A DNA stretch of 63,966 nucleotides, the filler included, from Porpidia crustulata (taxonomy: Eukaryota): assembly GCA_964255105.1 (NCBI GenBank). It is 4 parts of 4 records of this genome, joined end to end, with 100 filler letters (N's around TTAATTAATTAA, not from the genome) between each part and the next. Parts side by side here need not be neighbours in the genome. Positions count along the whole stretch, not along the records: positions 16,333 to 32,477 come from CAXUWE010000268.1; positions 32,578 to 48,706 come from CAXUWE010000269.1; 2 more parts are not named here. One strand, written 5' to 3'. This document shows positions 24,840 to 36,237 of the stretch, piece by piece. Below the pieces are notes generated by a model. The model ran no database searches. It was not told where the DNA came from and worked only from the letters and a program-made list of their open reading frames with translations. The position numbers were made by a program, and so were the translations under genes. Position 1 is the stretch's first letter. Every line of letters starts with the position of its first letter.

Positions 24840-25922
24840 GTTCAAGGGCAGATTCCGCAAGTCTCTTGCATGCGAACAACAACATATTCCAGCATCTTTT
24901 CTGGGCAGTGATACCCAGCGACGATGAGCCTTCGCCGTTCAGACCCTGAAAAATGGCTTGTGGCTGACAATCTATATCTCGAGCAATACCACGCTAGGTC
25001 ATAAATCCTGGACGAGAACAAGTCCCGTGTATTGCAATATTGCCCTCGTGCTGAAGCTGCTCGCACTGAGGTCCTAGATCTGGTGGCAAAGTTTCTGATA
25101 GAGCACCATCCAGACAAATTCCGCCGTTGTCAGGTGAAGCCAAAGCTCGATAGTGCACAAATCATTGCTATAGTGGAGATATTTAAGCTCAAGGCCCCAT
25201 TCTACAATCAATCGCCATTGGAGGTTGTAGCAAGGCTGGCGAATGAGGACTTGAGCATTTCCACGCTGAATGGTGAAGGAAAGCATACACTGTAGGACAT
25301 TGAGAAGATCTTGCGAGAGAGAAGAGAGATGACTGACAAGGAGCAGTGAAGCTAGCGCAACTCTATTTCCCGTGGGATGTTCTGTTGAGCGTCAAATGGG
25401 CTGTACATTGGAGGAGTCGCATGGTAGTGCACCGTTATAATGATCTAATCCTTGGCGAAGAAGAGTGAGTAACGAAAAGGTTGCAAGAATGTCCGAAGCT
25501 GAATCACGATCAGGTTTCTCTTACAAATTATCACGAGTGCTCCAATGGAGCGATCAAAACTCTTCGTACAGGTTGTAGATAGAACACAGCCTCTCTCAAA
25601 GATACCATATCGACCAAAGTCGCTCCACGACAGCTCAGTTCCTGTCCAACCTTGGAATATCTTCGCCCGTAACGAGAGGCAGGTCATCAGACCGCTACCC
25701 AAGTCCGGTGCAATCCTATGTTCGGCAAAGACCGACATACGTCCTCTAATGGAATTGGAGCTCGACGAGCTCAGAGCTTTCGCAGCAGAGGTTAGAAGTT
25801 GGTCGGATAGGATGGCGATGTTCAAGGGAGAACAGCACTGGGGCGAATGTGCTTTACAGTATTGCCATCGTAGAAACGTGGGCGGGACAGGTTACGGTAA
25901 AGGTGATCTGACACCATCCTGA
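24840..25922 (+). pseudogene. Decayed DUF3445 (heme-dependent oxidative N-demethylase alpha-like) gene
   Basis: Family-like segments TMSLRRSDPEKWLVADNLY, PLEVVARLANEDL, LFPVG.S....MG.TLEE.HG and RNERQVIRPLPKSGAILCSAKTDIRPL. In-frame stops TAA 25002-25004 and TAA/TGA 25438-25443. Confidence 0.75.
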
Positions 25923-27947
25923 TGTACCTCTGAATATGATACTATCCCTCACATTGGCGTCTTTACCCTAGCTTTGGAATTGACTAGAGATAATTTGGCG
26001 GTCCAATTATTCCAGCCTGCGCCGTCGGTGATGTCGTTGATGGTAGGATACCGGCTGCGGATATCGAAATCGCTAAAGGGCTCTTCAACAATGATTTACT
26101 GACTCCTGATTCTCAAAACAATATCGATGTATTATTCACCCTTTGATCCGTAATCATTCAATCAATTTCGACAGAAGAAACCCTCAGCAGTCAAGACTAA
26201 ACAACTCCCAATTTCAGACGAGGTTGGTCTTTCGATAGTCTACATGTCAAGCGTCAAGACCGTCAAGTAGTGGTCGTCGGCGCCAAATTATGTAGACAAT
26301 CTAGCTCTAAACCTCCCGGGGTCACCGTAGTAAAAGCGACAACGCCCAACGGTCGTTGCCGTCGAGCTAGAGATAACGATTTCCTAGCGCTGGCAATTTG
26401 GCGCTGATGTTAGAGTAGTCCTTGTGATGGAAAATCGACGAGATCATGTGCCCGCCACGACCGGCATTATTTGGCCATTAAGTGAGACCACGTGATCTCG
26501 TCGATTATTTGCATTACGAGTGGGCCGGTACATACTGGGGGGGAACAGGGTCACAACTTCGATTTCAGGCTCCTTCGATGAAAACTTCGTCCTCATCCAG
26601 CTTCTTCGCCACTCCAGCCTATGCTCATCGTACCTATGAAGAGGATTCCCGTCCTTGCCACCGTCTCGATCTCTCCGCCAGTCGTTGTATCAGCTGCTCC
26701 CATGGCAAAGCAACAACATCTCGTGATCCTTTGAATCCTTCATCCTTTAGCGGTCATCCTACTCTCATGCACTACCGTGACTACCAAATTACGCCAGCGC
26801 TTACAAAGCCGATAATCTTATCACCATTATCGCTTGGTTTGATGGCGTAACAATAACGTCCAGTTTCCTTAGTCGGTGCAACCGCCAGTTTTTTTAATTG
26901 AAAAAGAAATTGTAACTTTGAGATAAGGAGTCAGTCCTCTAGGCTTCCATCTGGCCGTTGCATTTCCCCCCATTCTGAATGCATTATCTATTTTGATTTC
27001 TGCATCAAAAGAATTCTTTAATGCAGTAATCTCATCAAACATCTCAAATATATTAACCCCCAACGCTAGAACCCCCTACGTGCCCTACCACACCCTCCCC
27101 AGCATCCCATTCGAGCCGCATCGATTTCGTCCGTACCTGCCTTGGCAATCATTATTGCTGCAGCCCCATTCCAAATCCACCCTACCCTCATCTCCCTCTC
27201 CCAGACTTAGTTCCTCAAAACCGTCATGACCACCTACCTAGGTGCCTAGGTGCCTAGGTAGTTACCTCATCGAAACCATCTAGGTAGCTCATAGGTCTTA
27301 GGTAAGGTACCACACACCGTCAAAACCAGACGCAGGTCAAAGTCCGTCCCTTTTTAGACTTCTACCTATAGGCAACTTACGCTTTTTAGACCCATAAGAC
27401 GGTTTACGGCACTAGACCCAGGGAAATTTCCCGACGTAGCTAAGGGGGGCTAAAATAATTACTTTACGTGCCCGCTCCTGTAGATGCTAACTGCATCGAG
27501 GGGACGCGTTCAAAGGAGCCAAAGTTGTGGTAGCTTTTGTAGGGGGATTTTTGGCAGATGTCCGCGGAGGTTAGGAATTGAGAGTGGGGGGATTGGTATT
27601 TGTGACTGTTAGATGCGAACGGTGTGAGGGATTAGGATATGGGAAATGGGAAATGGGAACAACAACTACAACGTTAGAGGTCAAAGATGAGCATTTGGTC
27701 ATGGAAACTCATGAGCAGACATGGCCAGGGACAAGAATTGAAGACTAATGGCTTTATTAGGTATATGGAACAGAATCGACAGATGACGCCGATGATCCCT
27801 GATGCAACGTGATATAGTTGATTATAAAAAAAACGTTTCCCAATGGTATAAACCCAGGAATTGCTTGCCATAATATTTACATACGTGAATTTTCACTACC
27901 GAGGGACGGGTACAACGAATTCCTGCGACTCATTTGTGTCTTTTCGC

Positions 27948-29011
27948 TTATGGTAGGGGGTTGCTGATCTCAACGATGGCGGGACCGGCAGCGACAGTAT
28001 CGTCGGTAACGGTTGTGTTACAGCCAGTCAAGACAACGTAACTCTGGCCATTGATTGGCGCAGTTCCCATGGGAGCTTTTGGTACAACAACGGAGAAACC
28101 ACCAGTGACAGGCGTGGCACTATATTAGTTGTTAGATGTTATTCGTACTAAGTGGAGTCGCAAAAACTTACGGGGCGAAGACTGGTCCGGTGACAGTGAT
28201 GAAAGCAGCGTATATCGGGGAGCTTCCATCAGCGGCCTTGAGGGTGTAAGTCGGGGTCAGTAGAGTGATGGTGGTACCAGCGGTGATGTTGGCAGGGCTC
28301 TTGGGGTCGAGAGTAAGACTCGGGAAGGCCTTGACTGGGAGCTTGACGTTGCTTGACGGGCAAGACACAATAAAGGGAGCAGCCAAGGTGTAGACCTCGT
28401 TGAGAGACAGAGGAGCGTCAAATGGCGCTGGGAAAGGAACTTCTCCAATGGCGGCACGAATGTACGATGAGTGCCGGGCCTCGATAGTCAGGATGGAGCC
28501 AGCAGCGGTCAAGTAGTTGGCGCTCATGATATCAGCAGCCGCTCCGAGGTAGGCGCTGACACCGACACCCTCGAGGACGGAGGCGGTCGCGAGGAACGAC
28601 TTGGCGTCTGTGACACCGAAGTTGTACACGCACTCGGCCACTGGCTGAGCACCAGCAGCCTTGAGAGCGCTGGTCAGGAAAGCAACGTGAGTCTGCTCAT
28701 CCTCGGAAACGATCTGAATCCTCTTGTAAACATCGGGGGCAAAGCCGGCCTTGGCAAAGTCATCCGACGTGAAGTTCTTGAGGCCATCTCGGTAGAATTT
28801 GTCCTCAAGATGCTCGAGAGTCAAGGCGTAGTTGAGAATGTCCGCATCAGTGACTGCAGGCATAGCCTGACGAACAGCGAGCAAGCTGGAAAATGTTAAT
28901 TGGGGGCATGTATGTAATCAGAGCTCAGACTAACTTGGTCTTGACGGGGGCAGGTGCAGCAGACACGACGGCAGCAAAGGCCGCGACGGCGGCAGCGAAG
29001 GTAGTCTTCAT
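27948..29011 (-). CDS. rds1: Secreted ferritin-like (Ferritin_2) stress protein, Rds1 family, 3 exons
   Basis: Signal peptide MKTTFAAAVAAFAAVVSA. Motifs DILNYALTLEHLE, EQTHV.FL, LEGVGVSAYLGAA and ILTIEARH. Introns 28886-28934 and 28120-28171; last exon ends VAAGPAIVEISNPLP*. Confidence 0.9.
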
Positions 29012-30157
29012 GATGATAATGAGTTGATCTTCAGGTTAAATGCTATGGTGAGCAAGAGAGGGACGAACGAATGTATGAGAATTATTACAAAAGGTTGTAA
29101 GAGAAAACAATTATGAAGAGATGGGAAATGCGGGCTTGTTAAAGCAGGTGGAAGAAAGTAGAAGGAAGTGATCGATCATGGGCGTAAATGAAGACGGCAT
29201 CATCAACACCCGCTAATTGACCTCCATGGTACGAAGAATGCCGGCGTGTTTACCAAGCTCATTGCAGGGGGTGACAGCAGCAACGTTTGGAATGCATGCG
29301 GGAGATGAGGGAAGTAAAAAGAAGATTAGATGCGCTAAGCCGTATCAAGTCGATCGGCAGCGATCTAACTATAAACGTCAAGAGTCGTCCTTGGGAAATT
29401 ACCTCATGCAGAGCTACCCCAGGTTTCCGGAGTCCGAGCATGCCGTGTTTGGCAGGGCCTAGCCACGCTAAGAAAAGCCATAGATACCACATCAGGAAAT
29501 CTCAGGGGCCCATCATGCGGATCGCCTCACAGCCGTTTGAGCTATGTTGATGCTTGATGCGCTTCAGATCCTCCGGATACTCGAGTTGCCATGAGAAACA
29601 CCAGGCAACGCATGTATCCGACACATGATCGGCCTAGATTGTCGGCCATCCCTCTATCCGATTGAAAATTTGTTGTGATTGCAACGCGCGACTCGCGAAG
29701 AGGATTAATATCATTCGTCGGAAACCAGGGAATGTAGTATGGGAGCTTTGCCCTAACACTAGCAAAATTGGTAGAGCCCACCATTTTTCCACGTTAATTA
29801 TTTTAAATTGCTCATATCTTTGTAGCGCTTTGTCCGCGGTACCAGCGGCTTTTTCACTAACAGGTGACCTGGCCCAGGTTGTTGATTCTCAGATCCTAGC
29901 TCGAGTACCAAACGCATTCCGGATCGCGTCAAGCCGTCTCCTAAGTAATCTTCCTTCAAATCAACCTGGAAACGTTAGTCGCTTTTTGTAGGACCTGACA
30001 TTACCTCCACAGTCCACCCTCTTTCCCTTGTATTTCATCGTTTTAATAATTGCTTCCTATCCTCTCGCTTTATTCCTACGTCGTCAACTCACGTCCACAA
30101 TCACCTAATCCATCAACATTATACACGAATCTCCAAATACACTCGTTCATTTCGAAG

Positions 30158-30527
30158 ATGAAGTTCAGCATTGCTATTGTTGCCCTTGCGGCTGCTGTTG
30201 CCAATGCGCAAAGCATGGTGCGATTTGCCCTTCCGTTCTGGCTTCATTAGTGAACTGACGCGCCTCCAGTCTACTGTTTTCGCTGCTTGCGGAACCTCCT
30301 GCCCAACAGGACCAGCACCTGATGTTATGATCACTCGGACCTCCGCCTACGCTGCGTCAGCAACTGCTCCTTGCCCGTCTCTTGTCGTCAGCAGCATGAG
30401 CGGTAACTCCAGCACACCCACGAACTCTATGTCGCCAACTCCGTCCCAATTCAAGGGTGCTGGAAACCACATTGGCGGATCAGTCGGCGCTGTTGTTGCC
30501 GTTGCTGCAGCCGCTCTTATCTTGTAG
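30158..30527 (+). CDS. Small secreted Ser/Thr-rich, probably GPI-anchored cell-surface protein (105 aa), 2 exons
   Basis: Signal peptide MKFSIAIVALAAAVANA. Intron 30218-30269 (GT...CTGAC...CAG). S/T/P-rich middle; C-terminal FKGAG plus hydrophobic tail typical of a GPI signal. Confidence 0.85.
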
Positions 30528-31984
30528 GGCGTGAAGGAACCGAATGAGGAAGGGCTATTTGCATGAGGAAGGGAGTTTGTCCATTTGGCGCTTGTACCGT
30601 GTCTGTACCATATAAAAATACCACAAGAGCGTCCTGATTTCCGTCAGAGGCAGGGGGTCTTCCACAGACAAGCGGTTCGGTCGGCTTGGTTACTTCTCGA
30701 TCTCTAGGAAGCTACCCTCTCCATGCCATGGAGTATATTCACAATACCCAAACGGCGTCATCAATGCCTTAAAACAATTTAATACCATTAGTCTCTACTT
30801 CTATGTACTTATATTGGGCAGAGCACTTACATACCTGTTTAAAGCTGTACCCTGCCGCTTCCAATTTCGAGCTTTGATTCTTTAAATTTTTGCCTTCAGC
30901 GTGTTGTGATAAAGCACTATCTACGGGTTCGATGTTTGGGTATTGGTTGACTTTCCAACTTAGACTGCCAAGTACCGCAAGTGAGAATTATGTAAGGTGC
31001 CTTACATGTTTTTACCAAATAAATTGGGCCGAAACTTTTTAAATCGACCCTAACCCTAGGTCAGCTGACCAAGTCCAAACGCCGTTATTGATCTGTCTGA
31101 TCGCCATGGCTATTGGCTTGCTTCCCCATAAATGGACAAACAGTACCCCTCCGTGGGGTATGTTGATGACAGTCCTTGAGCTGGGTTAAAGGTAGGGTAG
31201 GATCCTCAACTCCGCCATTGTTCTCTCCAAAGGCAATCACCAATTTGAGGGGTCTGGTATACATCTTGGAATCGCTCTGAGTATATTTATATTTGAGCCA
31301 TCAAGATTTCTGTATGACCCGCAAAGTCTGGCTTGCAAGCTATGACAAAAAAGCCGGAGCATATGACGGTCTTCATCATACTCAATATCAGTTGGAAGTG
31401 CCCCATAACTTTGAAGAATGGCACAATGCATAATTAGATTCACTAAGGGCACATCTGAAAATCATCAAGACTTTGTCAGCTTCAGGACACCAGATTCAGG
31501 GCGAATGCGGTTGAAAAAGATTGTGGAAAGCGAAAGTACGGTGAGAACGCGCCTAATCAGAGCGTGCCTTCCTTTCCAAGTACGACTCTTCCTTTGTGAA
31601 CGAACTATTCTTTTATGATTCTGATCAGTTTTGAATGAACTATCCATAGGCATTTGGATACAGTCAATTCTCATCCCTATCGTTACTCTCGAGTCTTTGT
31701 CGGCGAAGTGCGAATTATCCATTTCCTATTCTTACTTCCTCTTTACAAACAAGTAACATCACTCTTCATTGCTTGCACATATCGAGAGATTCGGGGCCTT
31801 TCTGAGGACGTAGCAACGTACCTAATCCCTAGTCTGGATACTGAGCAATACTGCGAACGAGTCTGAAGGTCTTTCTACTTTTGCTTCCGCTCCATCAACG
31901 AGTGCTTTGGATTCGTCCTTTCCTAACGAAAACTTCCTACGGAAACGTGTGGAGAGTCAACCAACCCCAGATATCTCGACAGGA

Positions 31985-32477
31985 ATGGCATTTACATCCG
32001 AAAGCCACCGGGCCCGGTCTCGCTCGACTGCGAAAACTTTAATCGTATCCATTCTGATTGTCCTACCCACCGATGCTCTGCACCACATGAAACGCGCCAT
32101 ATCCCAAGATATCAGCCTGCGCGGTCTATCAAGGTCTCTGGTTGTCACTAATATGTGCCAAGAGACTATACATCCAGCGATAGCGACACAAAAAGGAACG
32201 GCTCCAAATACTGGTGGCTTTGAACTCAAACCTGGTGAGCAGCGGAACTTGACCGTAGGAGCAGATTGGCAAGGTCGAGTCTGGGGGAGAACAAATTGTA
32301 CCTTCAACTCTGATGGCTCGGGGGCTAGTAATAATGGAGGTTACAATGGGGGAGGTATCGCATGCCTTACTGGTGATTGCGGCGGTGTGATCGACTGCAG
32401 AAACCCGGTATGTTTTGCCATCTGCTGCAATAAATGCACGAACCAAAGAATTGACATAATCACATTAGGGCAACCCC
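31985..32477 (+). CDS. Thaumatin/osmotin-like protein, 3'-truncated at contig end
   Basis: VTNMCQETIHPAI, GGFELKPG, WQGRVWGRTNCTF and CLTGDCGG. Intron 32408-32468; cut by the spacer. Confidence 0.9.
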
Positions 32478-32577
32478 NNNNNNNNNNNNNNNNNNNNNNN
32501 NNNNNNNNNNNNNNNNNNNNNTTAATTAATTAANNNNNNNNNNNNNNNNNNNNNNNNNNNNNNNNNNNNNNNNNNNN
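32478..32577. other. Artificial contig spacer
   Basis: 44 N + TTAATTAATTAA + 44 N. Confidence 0.98.
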
Positions 32578-33878
32578 ACCCACTCCCCCGCGCCCATCAT
32601 GCACGAACTCCCTAGGTATCCATTACTCAGTCCAAACAAGAACTGCACCGCCACGAGATAAAACACGTCGCTCTGCACGACCGCGCCTTGGCCCCGCATG
32701 TTGCAGAGGTAGTACAGGGGTATGAAACCCGTGCGGAGCAGGGAGAGGAGGAAGAGCGCTCGCGGGTAGAGCGTGAGATTGAGGGAGGGGACAAGAGTGC
32801 CGAGGCGGCCGAGGAGATCGCCGGTGTTCCAGAGGAGGAAGGCGAGGGGGATGAAGCAGGCGGGTTGAAGGAGGCGGGGAGCGGTGGCAGGGTCGTGGAG
32901 CGAGGGAATGATCTGCGTGAAGACGGGGAAGACGAGCATGGTTATTGCGAAGGTGATGGCGACGGAGAGGGCGAGGTAGCGGAGTTTGAGGAAGAGGGAT
33001 AGGAGGGGGATGGATTTCTTGGAGTTGGGAGGGGAGTCTTGTTCGGGGGTGTCTAGTGCTTCGAGAGCTGGGTTGAATGAGTTGGAGCTGCGCTGACGGA
33101 GGAGGAAGAGGAAGGCGAGAAGTGTAAGGGCGGAGACGCCGGTTGCTGTGAGAAAGTAGGCGAATGCTGATTTCGGACTTTCTTGCCCCGCCCCGTCTGT
33201 GGAATCATGCTCCGGCACGGAGAGGACGGAGACAATCTGTGCGATGCAAGGAAGCACCCCTGCGATGCCTTGCCCCGTCATTATCGCTTGCGTATATTCG
33301 CCTACACCAAAGCCTGTAACGTAGGCAAAGACACCGTTCTGACACAGGCCGGTTGCCAAGCTAGCGCTGAAAACAACGAGCATCAAGAACGCAAAGTAAA
33401 GCTCTGCGGAGACATGTCTGAAAGTGACGGTTGAAAGGGCGAGTAAGGTAAAGCAGACGATGTTGAGGACTAGGGAGAAGAGGATGCGGTGGGGATAGGA
33501 GGCGGTGGACTGAAGGTGTGTGAGGAGACCCATGGAAACGAGGCTCGTGAGGGTGGAGACGGAGATGATTGCAGAGGGAAAGTGGGCGAGGAGCCATGGT
33601 GAGCTGGAAAAGCGGTGCGAGAAGTAGGGAAAAGCGGCGAGGAACATGTTCCTGTGAAGGGAATGGGGTTAGCTTAGGGAGATAGTATGAGTTTTGGGAA
33701 GGGAAGTATTTTACCACGCCCATAGCATGGAAATGCCGAGGAGGAGGAATATAGAATATTCAAGCCATGAGAAGCGCGACTTGTGATGGCCATCGATGAG
33801 TTGACTCTCAGAGCCACCATTGAGAGGCTCATACGAAGCTTGCTGTCGCCGCTTGAGAGCGTCGCGAATACGCTCCAT
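32578..33878 (-). CDS. FUN26: Equilibrative nucleoside transporter (SLC29/Fun26 family), 3'-truncated
   Basis: Exon 1 ...YSIFLLLGISMLWAW, intron 33652-33714, then NMFLAAFPYF. Motifs YTQAIMTGQGIAGVLP, WNTGDLLGR and FGLSNGYLGS; multiple TM helices. Confidence 0.9.
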
Positions 33879-34252
33879 GACCTATGGCTTAAGAGGCGGT
33901 GCAGGCCCCTGGTGTATTTATCATTACTGATCCAGAAAAAGAGGTGGTACCATGGTGATTTTTGTCACAATGGTGCACGAGTGTTGAGTCGGGTGATTGA
34001 CGACATGTGGTGGTATCATAGACGCCCTTGACGCTGGCGATTAAAATGCCACCTGAAATACCACCTCCGAGCTTACACGCAAGAACCCTTTAATCAACAA
34101 GCAAACAACATCGTCTGATTGCAATCTCGTACAGACTGTCTTGATACGTAAGAATACCACTACATCTACCCATCATTATCTCGAGCATTATTCCTTTCAT
34201 TTCTGCTACTTTCTCCCTCTTCATCGCCTTCGTCATGCTTTATCTTGGTAAT

Positions 34253-35946
34253 TTATGGTATCCCTCTCGTGAGGTGACTTGCACAATTGATCAAGTCTTT
34301 CGCTGAAAGATAGCCACCATCCATAGCTTTTTCAGAGCTCAGAATTCCGCTAAGCTGCTCCAAGATCGACAATAGTTTGCCGTCCTCTTTTGCTCTTACA
34401 CGGCCTTTGATAGTAGAGTGTGTAAGCAAAACTTTCAAGAGGTAGGCAAGCCACAGAACATTCGTCGTTGGCACAAAATGCTCCCACCTCAGGTTCTTCT
34501 TGCGCGCTCTTTCATGCTTTTTTGAAGAACTGTTGATTATGTCTCGCATACAGCGATACGTATCGTACTGCAGAGCTTCATCAGAATCTGCTCCGTGTCC
34601 GTTGAAGATTCCCTCGTCCTCCATGCGATTGAAAATAGTTCGCGAATTCTCGAGGGTAGCCCGCGATAAGGTATAATCGATTATGGTGACTTCAAGATCA
34701 GTGTATCTTGCAATGCCCATGCGATCTTCCATATCTTGCGCCTTTAGAAGTTCGCAATTTGGCCTAATGCAAATGTTTTGGATTTGCAAATCCCGATGCT
34801 CGAAGCCGAAATTCTCCTCCCCTCGTGCGAGTGCCAGTGCTACAGCCCAGAAAATATCCCACGACTCTCTGACATTCAGTGAATCATTCGTCTGAGCTCT
34901 GATTTTCAAGACCTCTTCTACATCCTTTCCTGCGTAAGTCATCTCTAGGAACAGCCAAAGCTGATTTTGCCCAGCTTTGGCGGCCATTTCCGAATCTGAT
35001 GGATGACAGGCTTCATATCTTCTGTATTCTTGTCTTAGAGCGGTGGGCAATGGACCATGAAGAACTTCCGCTCTTCGAAACTCTGCGAACCCTTGATAGT
35101 TGCTCATAGTGATAAGCATCTCCGCCTCACTTGCTGCATCGCGAATACGGGTGAAACCTGCAGTCTTAGACCCCAGACCTTTCCTTTGCCGTAACGGCAT
35201 CAGCTTACCAATAGTAAACTGGGTAGGATCGGTTTTATTTTGAAGCTGCAGAATACTTCCAAAACTTCCTTCTGCGACCTTCCGGATCTTACAATCTCGT
35301 GTCCATGCTTCATACCATTGTTCTATTCTTTGAACAGTCGATATCACCTCATCGATATCGGTCAGAGGCTTCAAATAGTCGACGTCCTCGCCAGTCAAAC
35401 TAGCAGCTGAGGTGGAAGAGACCCTTTTTCCGTGCCTTTTCCTGTTTGTTTCTCCAGCTGGCAATTTATGTACATCGATAGCTACTGATTGTTGGATCAC
35501 AGGCGAGATATTCGGGGTTGGAGTATGTGGAATTTGAGATTTGCCGCTTGGTGATGTCGTGCTTATTGTAGCAACGACGCCGAGAGAAACATTACCAGAC
35601 AGATGAATATCCTTAGAAACTGAGCTGGAAGCCTTGGCGGCAGAAATGACTGGACTCGTCGCTACTTCACATGGAACATCTCCTTGCGTAAAGATCCGGG
35701 CTGGACTTTTCGCATTACGCGGTTTTTCAGTCAGGTCAACAATTGTTTTCGGGTCTCTCAATCGGAGTGACCGTTCATTACTTGATCGTTCGATGAGAGG
35801 CTCACGATACGTATCTACTGCTAAGTAAGCTACCTTCGCCCTTTCAGAAGGATGCGCTTACCCTCATTCGAGACATGTAATCTGGCAAACTCTGCAGCCA
35901 ATGATTTTGTAGTCTTCTTGCCATAAGTCTTTGCCTTGAAGGCCAT
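34253..35946 (-). CDS. Haspin-family atypical protein kinase (Alk1/Hrk1-like), 2 exons
   Basis: KVAEGSFGSI, FEHRDL, IIDYTLSRA, LQYDTYRCM and PTTNVLWL are haspin hallmarks. Probable exon 1 35946-35862 (MAFKAKTYGKK) and intron at about 35821-35861. Confidence 0.88.
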
Positions 35947-36237
35947 GCTTCTTGTACTATGGAGGATGTCGTATTATCTTATCAGCATCTAGATCATTTT
36001 GATATGGTCATTCACAAGTAAGTTGATGTTGATAAACATTCGTTGCATCGGAGATCTCCGGTTGCTAGGCGCTGACCTAGGCGATTATTTCTTATCTGAG
36101 GGAAATCAGACACCCCGCCAAGGCCCGCTAATACTCAGCGTCGCCTGGATACTTTCATCAACAGTGCAGACTGACTTGTGTAAGGTAGCGTTGCATACCT
36201 GCTTTAAACACCACAATTGTGCCCTCAAGCTCATTCA

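Noticed and set aside
26869..27063. AT-rich 64-aa minus-strand ORF, possible foreign or organellar fragment
   Set aside because: No recognisable homology and too short to support a claim.
31048..31058. Possible telomerase RNA template or telomere
   Set aside because: Under two repeat units, not the full TAACCCTAA template, and no supporting pseudoknot recognised.
32688..33002. Glu/Gly-rich 104-aa plus-strand ORF
   Set aside because: Antisense artefact of the C-rich codons of the nucleoside transporter.
31985..33878. Apparent convergent thaumatin-transporter pair (likewise MDM34-hymA)
   Set aside because: The genes lie on different contigs joined by an artificial spacer.
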